A stretch of 63,169 bases of DNA, counting the filler, from Octopus bimaculoides (Eukaryota), in the NCBI RefSeq assembly GCF_001194135.2. It is 4 parts of 4 records of this genome, joined end to end, with 100 filler letters (N's around TTAATTAATTAA, not from the genome) between each part and the next. Parts side by side here need not be neighbours in the genome. Positions count along the whole stretch, not along the records: positions 37,018 to 51,988 come from NC_068982.1; positions 52,089 to 63,169 come from NC_068990.1; 2 more parts are not named here. The stretch is one strand, 5' to 3'. Positions 51,612-63,169 of the stretch are shown here, one piece after another. Made by a program: the position numbers and the translations under genes. The notes beneath the pieces are model-generated. The model did not search any database, was not told the origin of the DNA, and saw only the letters and a list, made by a program, of their open reading frames with translations. Numbering within the stretch: the stretch's first letter is position 1; each line of letters starts with the position of its first letter.

Positions 51612-51700
51612 CTAGCAGAAATACCCGGCTTTGCCCGGGTTAAAGAGAATAATGAAATCTAAAAACGCCGTCTAGACTACGCAACCCTCAACTGTTAGTA
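51612..51700 (-). mobile_element. Helitron-type 3' terminus
   Basis: Minus strand has the hairpin cccgg-gcaaag-ccggg, then 8 nt, then CTAG followed by T, the canonical Helitron end. The inner boundary is uncertain. Confidence 0.55.
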
Positions 51701-52101
51701 GCTACGATACCATATTTCTACATTAATAACTATCCAATCCATGCCAGCATGGAACATAGACATTAAGTGGAATGCCAGTCTCTCATCTAGGAGGGCCTTG
51801 AAATCAATGTTACCAACTGGGGACTATGTGTGCCGAAGTGATAATAAAAAGACCCAAAGGAGGTCTGCAACGAAATAATTTTACTCAACACTTTGCAAGT
51901 GAATCAGTGGAGGCAAAGATGTGTCTCATTTACTTGACAATTTATGCACCACATTGCAGAAATCACAATGTAAGTATATCTGAAAGGGNNNNNNNNNNNN
52001 NNNNNNNNNNNNNNNNNNNNNNNNNNNNNNNNTTAATTAATTAANNNNNNNNNNNNNNNNNNNNNNNNNNNNNNNNNNNNNNNNNNNNTATATATGCGTG
52101 C

Positions 52102-52146
<45 letters not shown>

Positions 52147-52154
52147 CCCATCTG

Positions 52155-52215
<61 letters not shown>

Positions 52216-55138
52216 ATATCTATCTATCGATCTATCATTTTAGCCATAGGTAGAACCATATTGGAGAAACATCCATGATTAAATACTTTGCTTTCTTTCC
52301 TCCTCCATGTTAGGATTGCATTGCGTCCACATCTCACATTCTTTATAAGATAATAAGGTTTGAATTGAAGGGGATTTGTCACTAATTCATACAAGTTAAC
52401 GTGTATTGGCATTTCCAGCCATGGACCATCTTATGGTTCAGAATGTAAGCTTTGAAGCATTTGTCAATTATTAGTAAAGATGGTTTTCAGTTTTCTGAGA
52501 GAAAGCCGACAGCAAAATAGAACAGTTTATGTGTTTATTTGTTATTATGTTTCTCGTCAGAATGCTTAATGATTATACCTTCATTCTCTTATTCTTTTAC
52601 TTGATTTATCTCTAGAGCTGCGGCCATTCTGGAATATGGCAATAAATATTACACCAGTTGCAAAATAAGGTGGATCGTAATTACATACTCCCGGAATTAA
52701 GCTAAGAATGAAGAGCGTGACGAACAGGAAATCATTACTGTGGCAGCGCAACATTTTAGAAATTGCAGGCAAAACTCTCTAACTTAAAAACATTAACCCC
52801 CTTCAAAATGTGAAAGGACACACTGGATAATAAAGTCCTGGGGACGGTTTGATCAAACACGCTCCTCATTACCATTTTGCATTGTTCAGCGCGAACAAGA
52901 ACAAGCGTCTCTAAATCTGGTGAAAAATAAGAAAATAGACAGAAATATTACTAAAGATAAATGGCATGGGTGCTTCATAAGACATCTATATATATATGAT
53001 GGATTCTCCTGTAGAAAACGACGCATGAGCATCCAGATTTTGCCGAACGACAAGCACAAATGATTTGTTTATAGTGATCAAATGTATGTGCCATACATTA
53101 GCTCACACCTTCCATCAAATCAATCGACGTTCCTGAACATGTTAACACGCCGGGCAAAATGCCTAGCGGTATTTCGTCTGTCTTTACTTTTAGGGTTCAA
53201 ATTCCGTCATGGGTGACCTAACCCTTCATCCTTTCAGAGTCAATGAAATAAAAAGTAACTGAGCAACTGGGATCGACTTATTCCCATCCGCACAGACCAT
53301 GTGGGGCCAAAATTTGAAAGCAATATTTAAGAACATGCGATCCAATTGCTTCAAACGTCGAAACATGACTTTTGTAGATGCAGCACGTCAATGAGCAGTG
53401 TGTAAAATTTCATCACCCTTGCCATAAATACACCTGGAAAGCAAGTCCCCTTCGTGAAATTTCCACAGGATCATTCGTATATTAAAACAGTCTCTCCTGA
53501 ATCACTTCTCTTTTCTTTCTTAGGCAGAATAATCATCACTTCTGTCCCATATTCCTTTCCCTCTTCCTCAATGAAAATGGCAATTTGGTTACAATCCTTG
53601 TATCGCTGAATCTTATATATTCGGTCATATCTAAATACTTTCGCTGGGGTCACAAAAGCTGTCATTCAAACATCGATAATACAACAGATAGCGTTCCAAT
53701 TATCTATATCATATCACGGAACTATACTTTTATATAATATAGTCAACTTCATTTCCTATACTTCAAGGATTGTCTTCAATGAAGTAAAGAAGAACATTGT
53801 TCGGAGAGACTTCAACCAACAACCTCATGGAAGTTCGCAATAACACTCATAGAATCTATTTGTACATGTCCTGTATTTCGATCAGTCTCACGACTTTGAT
53901 AATTTCTCCTCAGAATTTTAAATTGTTGACAATTTATACGTCCATTCATAAACAGAAATGACGCATACGTTACAGCTGCCACTCCGGAAGGCATGACCAA
54001 GCTGTTTCCATTTTCTAGTTCGTTTTACCATTTATCGATCTTAACCCTGTCGCTTTCACATTCCAGGAAGATTTTGTCTTATTCAAACCTACGCAGATAC
54101 ACAACTATTACATCCATATATCACCTATTTGCTGTGGTGCTGTGACCACACACCTCTTATAAAAACCATTTTCCTCAACTTATGCTCTCCCCCATTCGTA
54201 AGTTTGTGGGGATGTATGCGCCCACGTGCCAGTGGCGTTCGTTTGAAACTCTCTGTCTTGTTTCTGTCTATTTCTGTCGCACGTACACTTTTACCACACC
54301 CTTTCTATAAATTGATAGATGTTTTACACTACAGGAATCTATCGTTATCACTTCAATATAATAAATATACTTTTCAGGTTTTGTGACACAATGTGTCACA
54401 TAAACGTTTAATATTTGCCGTGAAATCAAACTTTCAAGAGTAAACAATGATATAAGCATAATGTTTTTGAGCACCATGAAACACTCCTGCGATTCTAACT
54501 ATTATAGAATTCTTATGCTTTTGTTTCCCAAAGATATATCTAGCAATCAGATTCGACAGCATGTCCCTCTTCGTCACATTGTTATGATCTTTTGACTTTT
54601 ATCGTTTACTTGTTTCAGTCATTAGATTGCGGCCTTACTGGGGCATGGCCTCGAAGAATTTTGAGTCGAAAAAAGCGNNNNNNNNNNNNNNNNNNNNNNN
54701 NNNNNNNNNNNNNNNNNNNNNNNNNNNNNNNNNNNNNNNNNNNNNNNNNNNNNNNNNNNNNNNNNNNNNNNNNNNNNNNNNNNNNNNNNNNNNNNNNNNN
54801 NNNNNNNNNNNNNAGTACTTATTCGTGTAAAGCCCACTACTTATTATGTTTGTCTATTTTGTCGGACCGATAAATTAGGAAGGCGTAAACACAAAGGCCG
54901 TCTCACAAATTACGCATTCCACGCGATATCTCATCATCCGTTAGTCCCCTTCTCGCGGCGGAGATCGGGACTGACAAGGATTCTGATGGACGGGTCACAT
55001 GAAGGACCCAGGGATATACCGAAAATAGTGAATGCAGTAACGTGCTGCAAAGAAGCATGACCTCATACTTGACCTGACCGATTATGACAGCATAGAGGAC
55101 TTGTTGCCATACAGTGGTCAAGGTAAATAAATACAGTA

Positions 55139-55425
55139 CAGTAACCACGCGCCATAAAGCGGTTCACGTATCGCGAATCACTTATCGCGATTCATTTATC
55201 GCGGTTCACTTATCACGGTTCACTTATCGCGGTTCACTTATCGTGGTTCACTTATGTCGATTCCTTTATGGTGTTGTTTTGCATTTATAATAGAATAAGT
55301 ATATATAAATTATAAAAAATAATAATATTAAAAATATACAGTACAGTGCTGTTTCTACTTCGCAGATTTTCACTATCGTGGCGGGGTTTCGGAACGTAAC
55401 ACCCGCGATAGTCGAGACAGTACTG
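55139..55425 (-). mobile_element. Tigger-type MITE, copy 2, with internal 14-bp tandem array
   Basis: TA on both sides and CAGTA termini. Seven copies of gcggttcacttatc at 55159-55256. Confidence 0.75.
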
Positions 55426-55822
55426 TATATAATACTATGGTCACATAATTTTCGTAGTCATACAGTTTGTCAATATGTTGGATAACAACAGAATCAGGAA
55501 CGATATTCACATAAAAATTCTTCCATGCTACCATTTATATATAATTTTTTTTTATTAATATTTAAACTCTTCTTCGTGTGTAACATTTTCGAAATTCACT
55601 GTCTTGATATTTCGGTTGATTAAACGAATGTAACGTACATATCACTGTTAATTTTAACATGAGATAATGGATAACTATTTTCGACTTTGTTCTATCAGAT
55701 AGGGATTTTTATATAATATCACTACATGGTATTATTCATAGGTTAATTTACTTCAAGTTGTATGCACACACAGACACACACAGAGATACACGCGCGCGCA
55801 CACACACACATAGATAGATGTA

Positions 55823-55859
<37 letters not shown>

Positions 55860-55890
55860 TTGCATACATATATATGTACATATATATGTG

Positions 55891-55922
<32 letters not shown>

Positions 55923-57121
55923 TNNNNNNNNNNNNNNNNNNNNNNNNNNNNNNNNNNNNNNNNNNNNNNNNNNNNNNNNNNNNNNNNNNNNNNNNNNNNN
56001 NNNNNNNNNNNNNNNNNNNNNNNNNNNNNNNNNNNNNNNNNNNNNNNNNNNNNNNNNNNNNNNNNNNNNNNNNNNNNNNNNNNNNNNNNNNNNNNNNNNN
56101 NNNNNNNNNNNNNNNNNNNNNNNNNNNNNNNNNNNNNNNNNNNNNNNNNNNNNNNNNNNNNNNNNNNNNNNNNNNNNNNNNNNNNNNNNNNNNNNNNNNN
56201 NNNNNNNNNNNNNNNNNNNNNNNNNNNNNNNNNNNNNNNNNNNNNNNNNNNNNNNNNNNNNNNNNNNNNNNNNNNNNNNNNNNNNNNNNNNNNNNNNNNN
56301 NNNNNNNNNNNNNNNNNNNNNNNNNNNNNNNNNNNNNNNNNNNNNNNNNNNNNNNNNNNNNNNNNNNNNNNNNNNNNNNNNNNNNNNNNNNNNNNNNNNN
56401 NNNNNNNNNNNNNNNNNNNNNNNNNNNNNNNNNNNNNNNNNNNNNNNNNNNNNNNNNNNNNNNNNNNNNNNNNNNNNNNNNNNNNNNNNNNNNNNNNNNN
56501 NNNNNNNNNNNNNNNNNNNNNNNNNNNNNNNNNNNNNNNNNNNNNNNNNNNNNNNNNNNNNNNNNNNNNNNNNNNNNNNNNNNNNNNNNNNNNNNNNNNN
56601 NNNNNNNNNNNNNNNNNNNNNNNNNNNNNNNNNNNNNNNNNTATATATATATGTGTGTGTCTATCTATATATATATATATACATGCACACACACAAACAC
56701 ACACATATATATATATACATCTCTATACAAACCGTTGCTGATTAAACAGGAGCGATAAATTGCAGGAGTCAATAGGAATATTAATTGTGCTTTGATACAT
56801 TTTAATTGAAACGGTCCAACTTCTAGTACTCAGCTGTTATTAGTTTCTAATCAACAACTGGTAAAGCAAACCTGCTTTGATATATATATGTGTAAATTTA
56901 TAGACATATTAAGTTAATGAAGTTGCAGAATCGTTAGTGCACGGGGAAAAATGGTAAGCTGCATTTTACCCGTTTTCACCTTCCGAGATCGATGTTGCCT
57001 TTCATAAATTCGGGGTTAATAAAATGAACCCTCGCTGATCACTGTTGTCTATGTAATCGGCTTAACTCTCCACCGAATTTGCTGACCTTGTGCCAAAACT
57101 TGGATCTCAATTAATAAACAC

Positions 57122-57189
<68 letters not shown>

Positions 57190-57195
57190 GAGGTT

Positions 57196-57496
57196 CACTC
57201 CGTCGGTTACGACGACGAGAGTTCCACTTGGTACAACCAAAGTAACAGCTTGCTCGTGAAATTAACGTGCAAGTGGCTGAGCACTCCACAGACACGTGTA
57301 CAACGTATTTCTCAATGAGATTCAGCATGACAGTTTGACGACGCTGACCCTTTGAAATACAGGTACAACTCATTTTTGTCAGCTGAGTGGACTGGGGCAA
57401 CGTGAGATAATGTGTCTTGCTCAAGGACACAACGCGTCGCTGGGAATAGGACGATCGTGACCCGAATGTCCTAACCACTAAACTACGCACCTTCAC
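57196..57496 (-). mobile_element. SINE B-related variant. Relatives at 12276-12460 (+), 22788-23072 (+), 27980-28292 (-), 31519-31838 (-) and 42225-42350 (+).
   Basis: B-type tRNA head followed by ttgtgtccttgagcaagacac-like body. Several relatives share the family B tail. Confidence 0.75.
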
Positions 57497-57603
57497 ACAT
57501 ACACGCACATATGTAAGTATGTATATATGTATGTACATTTATACATACACACCGACTTCTATGCGTACATATATTACACATATATAACTTATTGGTATTA
57601 TAG

Positions 57604-57963
57604 TTGCAATGGCCCAGTGGTTAGGGCAGCAGCCTCGCGGCCGTAGGATCGCGGTTTCGACTCCCAGATCGGGCGTTGTGAGTGTTTATTGAGCAAAAAC
57701 GCCTAAAGCCCCACGAGGTTCCGGCAGGGAGTGGTGGCGAACCCTGCTATAATCTTTTATCACAACTTTCTGTCACACTCTCTTCCTGTATTTCAAAGGG
57801 CCAGCCTTGTCACATTCTGTGTCACACTGAATATCCCGGAGAACTACGTTAAAGGTACACGTGTCTGTGGAACGCTCAGCCACTTGCACGTTAATTTCAC
57901 GAGCAGGTTGTTCTGTTGATCGGATCAACTGGAACCCTCGTCGTCGTAACCGACGGAGTGCCA
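57604..57963 (+). mobile_element. SINE family B
   Basis: Head gcaatggcccagtggttaggg; tail ...cgacggagtgcca. Confidence 0.88.
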
Positions 57964-59163
57964 CGATAATATATTGGTGGTGAAACAAATTTTGATTTTG
58001 CTGTAATAGCCTGACAATATTTTAGCCCCAATCCAGAAATGTTTACACACTTTCACCCCACGCAGAGAGTGGGAGGGAGAGAGAGAGGGAACGCGAAAGA
58101 CAGGGAGAGAGNNNNNNNNNNNNNNNNNNNNNNNNNNNNNNNNNNNNNNNNNNNNNNNNNNNNNNNNNNNNNNNNNNNNNNNNNNNNNNNNNNNNNNNNN
58201 NNNNNNNNNNNNNNNNNNNNNNNNNNNNNNNNNNNNNNNNNNNNNNNNNNNNNNNNNNNNNNNNNNNNNNNNNNNNNNNNNNNNNNNNNNNNNNNNNNNN
58301 NNNNNNNNNNNNNNNNNNNNNNNNNNNNNNNNNNNNNNNNNNNNNNNNNNNNNNNNNNNNNNNNNNNNNNNNNNNNNNNNNNNNNNNNNNNNNNNNNNNN
58401 NNNNNNNNNNNNNNNNNNNNNNNNNNNNNNNNNNNNNNNNNNNNNNNNNNNNNNNNNNNNNNNNNNNNNNNNNNNNNNNNNNNNNNNNNNNNNNNNNNNN
58501 NNNNNNNNNNNNNNNNNNNNNNNNNNNNNNNNNNNNNNNNNNNNNNNNNNNNNNNNNNNNNNNNNNNNNNNNNNNNNNNNNNNNNNNNNNNNNNNNNNNN
58601 NNNNNNNNNNNNNNNNNNNNNNNNNNNNNNNNNNNNNNNNNNNNNNNNNNNNNNNNNNNNNNNNNNNNNNNNNNNNNNNNNNNNNNNNNNNNNNNNNNNN
58701 NNNNNNNNNNNNNNNNNNNNNNNNNNNNNNNNNNNNNNNNNNNNNNNNNNNNNNNNNNNNNNNNNNNNNNNNNNNNNNNNNNNNNNNNNNNNNNNNNNNN
58801 NNNNNNNNNNNNATATATATATATATACATATACATATGTATGTATATATGCGGATGTATAGGTGTATACAGGTGCATATATATAATACTGTAATATGGT
58901 ATTGATATGCAGGCAGTCATAGTTAAGAAAGACTCTATGCTGGACTTAAGTGAAATGAATATATAATTTAAATCAAGTCGAAGTGACAGTGGTGAATTAG
59001 TCTTGACTATAGTTTCATGTAGCGAATTTTCCAGCAATCGACACACAGGCGCACACACGCAGACCCACTCACAAAAACACACATATACATATCTATTCAT
59101 ACATATATACATACATACATACATACATACATACATACGCACATATACCCATATATATATATG

Positions 59164-59200
<37 letters not shown>

Positions 59201-60202
59201 NNNNNNNNNNNNNNNNNNNNNNNNNNNNNNNNNNNNNNNNNNNNNNNNNNNNNNNNNNNNNNNNNNNNNNNNNNNNNNNNNNNNNNNNNNNNNNNNNNNN
59301 NNNNNNNNNNNNNNNNNNNNNNNNNNNNNNNNNNNNNNNNNNNNNNNNNNNNNNNNNNNNNNNNNNNNNNNNNNNNNNNNNNNNNNNNNNNNNNNNNNNN
59401 NNNNNNNNNNNNNNNNNNNNNNNNNNNNNNNNNNNNNNNNNNNNNNNNNNNNNNNNNNNNNNNNNNNNNNNNNNNNNNNNNNNNNNNNNNNNNNNNNNNN
59501 NNNNNNNNNNNNNNNNNNNNNNNNNNNNNNNNNNNNNNNNNNNNNNNNNNNNNNNNNNNNNNNNNNNNNNNNNNNNNNNNNNNNNNNNNNNNNNNNNNNN
59601 NNNNNNNNNNNNNNNNNNNNNNNNNNNNNNNNNNNNNNNNNNNNNNNNNNNNNNNNNNNNNNNNNNNNNNNNNNNNNNNNNNNNNNNNNNNNNNNNNNNN
59701 NNNNNNNNNNNNNNNNNNNNNNNNNNNNNNNNNNNNNNNNNNNNNNNNNNNNNNNNNNNNNNNNNNNNNNNNNNNNNNNNNNNNNNNNNNNNNNNNNNNN
59801 NNNNNNNNNNNNNNNNNNNNNNNNNNNNNNNNNNNNNNNNNNNNNNNNNNNNNNNNNNNNNNNNNNNNNNNNNNNNNNNNNNNNNNNNNNNNNNNNNNNN
59901 NNNNNNNNNNNNNNNNNNNNNNNNNNNNNNNNNNNNNNNNNNNNNNNNNNNNNNNNNNNNNNNNNNNNNNNNNNNNNNNNNNNNNNNNNNNNNNNNNNNN
60001 NNNNNNNNNNNNNNNNNNNNNNNNNNNNNNNNNNNNNNNNNNNNNNNNNNNNNNNNNNNNNNNNNNNNNNNNNNNNNNNNNNNNNNNNNNNNNNNNNNNN
60101 NNNNNNNNNNNNNNNNNNNNNNNNNNNNNNNNNNNNNNNNNNNNNNNNNNNNNNNNNNNNNNNNNNNNNNNNNNNNNNNNNNNNNNNNNNNNNNNNNNNN
60201 GA

Positions 60203-60460
60203 TATCAGTGAAGAATTTCACTTGAAAAGAAGATATAAGGTTTGCCAGGTTTTTGTCTCTCTCACCAAGGTCATCAGCTGTCGAACGCCGACGAAGGGAA
60301 ATAACCCTGAAATCCGGATACGTTCGTGCTGCTGGTCGAGTTGAGAGGGATAACTCCCTTGGCAAACAGGACACAGTCGTGTGACGATAAGCCAGCTGGA
60401 AGAGATGTCCTCCTGGGGCTAAAAGCAACAGTAACATCCACCCCTAGGGGTCAGCCACAC
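60203..60460 (+). mobile_element. Hammerhead-containing non-coding repeat, copy 1 (5' end cut by gap)
   Basis: Colinear with the reverse complement of 60840-61110: upstream hairpin, ribozyme, then AACTCCC, AGGAYACAG, GTGTGWCG..AGCCAGCTG and CCTGGGGCTAAA blocks. Confidence 0.7.
60282..60326 (+). ncRNA. Minimal type I hammerhead ribozyme with CCGACGA (U4C) core
   Basis: CGAACG-CCGACGA-AGGG(aaataa)CCCT-GAAA-TCCGGA-TA/CGTTCG. Perfect 6-bp stem I, 4-bp stem II, palindromic stem III. Predicted cleavage after 60320. Confidence 0.75.
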
Positions 60461-60503
60461 TTAAGTGGCAATATACTACACTTTATATATATATACACAT
60501 ATA

Positions 60504-60535
<32 letters not shown>

Positions 60536-60839
60536 CTGACACATATATTATTGTGTTTGGCATACACAAATATGTCTGTGTACGTGTATATGTATGCATG
60601 TAGTTTTAAGGAGAGATATCCAAAACACTAAATTTAAACAGTTAACATTGATTTGCATGATGATGATATCCTTGGGTTTTCACATAATGTAATAAGTCCC
60701 ATATGATATATAAGTATTATATGTCCGATTATCCCATTTCAAGCTGACCGTATTATTTCCTTACCCAGCACAAACGTTTCTATCATTATTACGGAAAACA
60801 GAATGAACTAAAGTAAAGTTTATTTCCCAACCGAATGTG

Positions 60840-61110
60840 GCAGTCTCTGTTGAGACGATTGCTACTCTTGTTTAGCCCCAGGCAACATCGTCTGCAGCTG
60901 GCTATACGACACACAACCTGTATCCTTATATTTTAGAACAGGGGAGTTTAGTACCCCCACCCAGCACAAAGCTCTATCTGTGGATCGCACGGTTTCAGGG
61001 TTATTTCCCTTCGTCGGCACGGAATAACTCTTTAGCTGAGATGGCGCTGCTAAATCGCTGTTCGAAAATATATATAATTTTCTAAGTGACACACTGTCAC
61101 TGATCTAATG
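60840..61110 (-). mobile_element. Hammerhead-containing non-coding repeat, copy 2
   Basis: Same block order as copy 1, inverted, about 380 bp away. Confidence 0.7.
60977..61023 (-). ncRNA. Second copy of the CCGACGA hammerhead, with stem III mismatch
   Basis: Minus strand reads TCCGTG-CCGACGA-AGGG(aaataa)CCCT-GAAA-CCGTGCGA-TC/CACAGA. Core and stem II are identical to the 60282 copy. Stem I is a different sequence that still pairs at 5 of 6 positions. Confidence 0.65.
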
Positions 61111-62614
61111 AATAAAAATATTATTGTTCCTAAATCTATCTCTCAACGAGAGATGTTCAGCACCAGTACATTAAAGTGAAGGTATAGACAGCTCTTGGGG
61201 ATAAACAGCAGTAGCATTCGTCCTAACATGGACTGCCATATTAGATTGGCAAATAACCCTTACCTTAAAGTACTCCTACTGAATATCTCTCGTTGAGAGA
61301 TTTAAGAACAAGAATGAAACACTTGTGGGGAATATCCCCATCTACAGTCATCTCTACGTAAATACATACATAAGTGCATACATACATAAATAAATACATA
61401 CACACACACACATGAATATATATACATACATACATATATATATATATAGACACACACACACCTATATGCACACACACATGCGTACATTTATACATACGCT
61501 CACACGCACATACATACAAACACACATATATTTAATATATTTAAAGTAATATCGAAGATTTTGTCAGAGAGAATGACATTTAACAAGGCTACCAATCATC
61601 TTACTGACACATTATATAAAATGGTTGGAACTTTAAGATCAGTTTCTCACCTAATTATGAGCAATGTTTCCTGAGACATAGGAAACTGAATAGAAGTTTG
61701 AAATTAATAGACATTTAAAATCAATCTTTTATTTAAACATATGATATTGCCAGAAAATTCTTATTCGTGTTTAATAGATTTTTTTTAGTTTGACTTAAGT
61801 AAAACTCCATTAATGAACATAAATAGTGTGTTACTTCTCATTTCGTGTAAAACGAAGTTTAGAAACAAATAATTCAGGTAACGTGTCTCACTAAATATAT
61901 AATTATACACTAAGAGAGTAACGGCTATTTACCAGCAAATTTAGAACCATAAACGTCATGTACAAAGCTTGAGGTATATATGTGCTATATACACCGAAAG
62001 AAAGTCTTAATTTGGTATGCGTAAAACGAGTGGCAAAAGTAGTGCAGTATGACTTTGAAATATACTTTAATCCAGAGAGATTCAATTTTCCCTGTCTGAA
62101 GCTGAAGTCTGTCTTCAAGAAAGAAAAATGGAAGCGACACAAATGAGACCGATCCTGTGACCTATGTCTATTGAAGAACAGTGTCTTGCTATTTTCCGGA
62201 CCATATGGTCTGTAGTTGAGAGCAAAATGATAAATGGGAAGACAACCAAATAATATAACGTTTACACTACTGAGAATGGTCGTATCCTCACGAAAACTAC
62301 AGACAATTTGGTTCCCAAATCAAAACTAATATCGAAGTGCTACCGCGAGAACGATTTCTTTTTTGAGAGAAATTATGAAAGTGACCTTGAATAAAGGCTA
62401 ACATTAAGGAAGGCTTGAAAGTGTAACATGTTTGGAATTTTGCAACTAGCTATCCGTTAGGACCGACGAATATGTTGGAAGACACGTTACACGAGGATAG
62501 CTGTTGGGAATGAAAACTTAATTATGAAATAATTAAATTTATAAATTACAACTAATAATTTTAAAAGAAATAATAATGGATGTTGTTAATAATCTTTTTA
62601 ACTACAAGCACAGG

Positions 62615-62975
62615 ACCTGATTATTTTTTCGGGGTGGGGATAGTCGATTACATCGACTCCAGTGCATGACTGGTACTCTTTCCATCGTCTCCAAAAGGAT
62701 GAAAAGCAAAGTCGACTTCGGCGGAATTTGAACTCGTAACGTAAAAACGGACGAAATACCGCTAAGCATTTCGCTCGGCGTGCTAACGATGTTGTTAATA
62801 ATGATAATAATACAGTTGATAAAAGGCAGCGAGCTGGCAGAAATGTTTAGCGGTATTTCGTCTGTCGCGACGTTCTGAGTTCAAATTCCGCCGAGGTCGA
62901 CTTTGCCTTTCATCCTTTCGGAGTCGATTAAATAAATATTTTTTATGAGCTGGGCTCGATATAATCGACTTAATC
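62615..62975. mobile_element. Head-to-head pair of SINE C copies (- 62615-62790, + 62822-62975)
   Basis: Both halves match family C in opposite orientation. Confidence 0.85.
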
Positions 62976-63169
62976 CGTTTGTCTGTCCTTGTTTGTCCCC
63001 TCTGTGTGTAGCTCCTTATGTTTAGAATATAACGATAACATACAATGAAACCTTAAAATGTCAATCGATTTGTTGTCGTCTGTAGAAGTGACTTTGTTCA
63101 TAATACCGGATATCTATATATGTCTTATTAACGCTAATTATGATATTGAGCGACAGGATTAAAGTCTAA

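Noticed and set aside
52419-52444. 26-nt mini-exon candidate (MDHLMVQN) with good splice signals
   Set aside because: Too short to distinguish from chance, and no partner exons found.
54382-54400. Perfect 9-bp palindrome tgtgacaca-a-tgtgtcaca
   Set aside because: Isolated, with a 1-nt spacer and no second copy; plausible by chance in 63 kb.
62190-62300. IWSVVESK resembling a maT transposase C-terminus
   Set aside because: A single short motif with no catalytic residues or TIRs.

Overview
Repeat-rich animal DNA with many N gaps, most likely from an octopus. That identification is inferred from the tRNA-derived SINE families, microsatellite load and LINE content; I ran no database search. The window is four scaffolds joined by artificial 100-nt spacers (44 N + TTAATTAATTAA + 44 N). 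The only gene I can identify is a partial RP2 (XRP2, retinitis pigmentosa 2) ortholog: four spliceable + strand exons between 13474 and 18935 that join into 138 in-frame codons. Its 5' exons and terminal exon(s) were not found. The rest is SINEs (three head families), Tc1/mariner elements (one full-length maT/DD37D relic), MITEs, RTE-like and R4/Dong-like LINE fragments, a Helitron end and simple repeats. Almost all ORFs in the supplied track are microsatellite or gap artefacts. Best hunt result: five type-I hammerhead ribozyme motifs, most with short palindromic stem III. Three of them carry a CCGA core instead of CUGA, and two head a structured ~300-bp non-coding repeat family. Second result: a head-to-tail array of R4/Dong-like LINE fragments and an unrecognised ~520-bp non-coding element, all in one orientation inside (AAT)n tracts.
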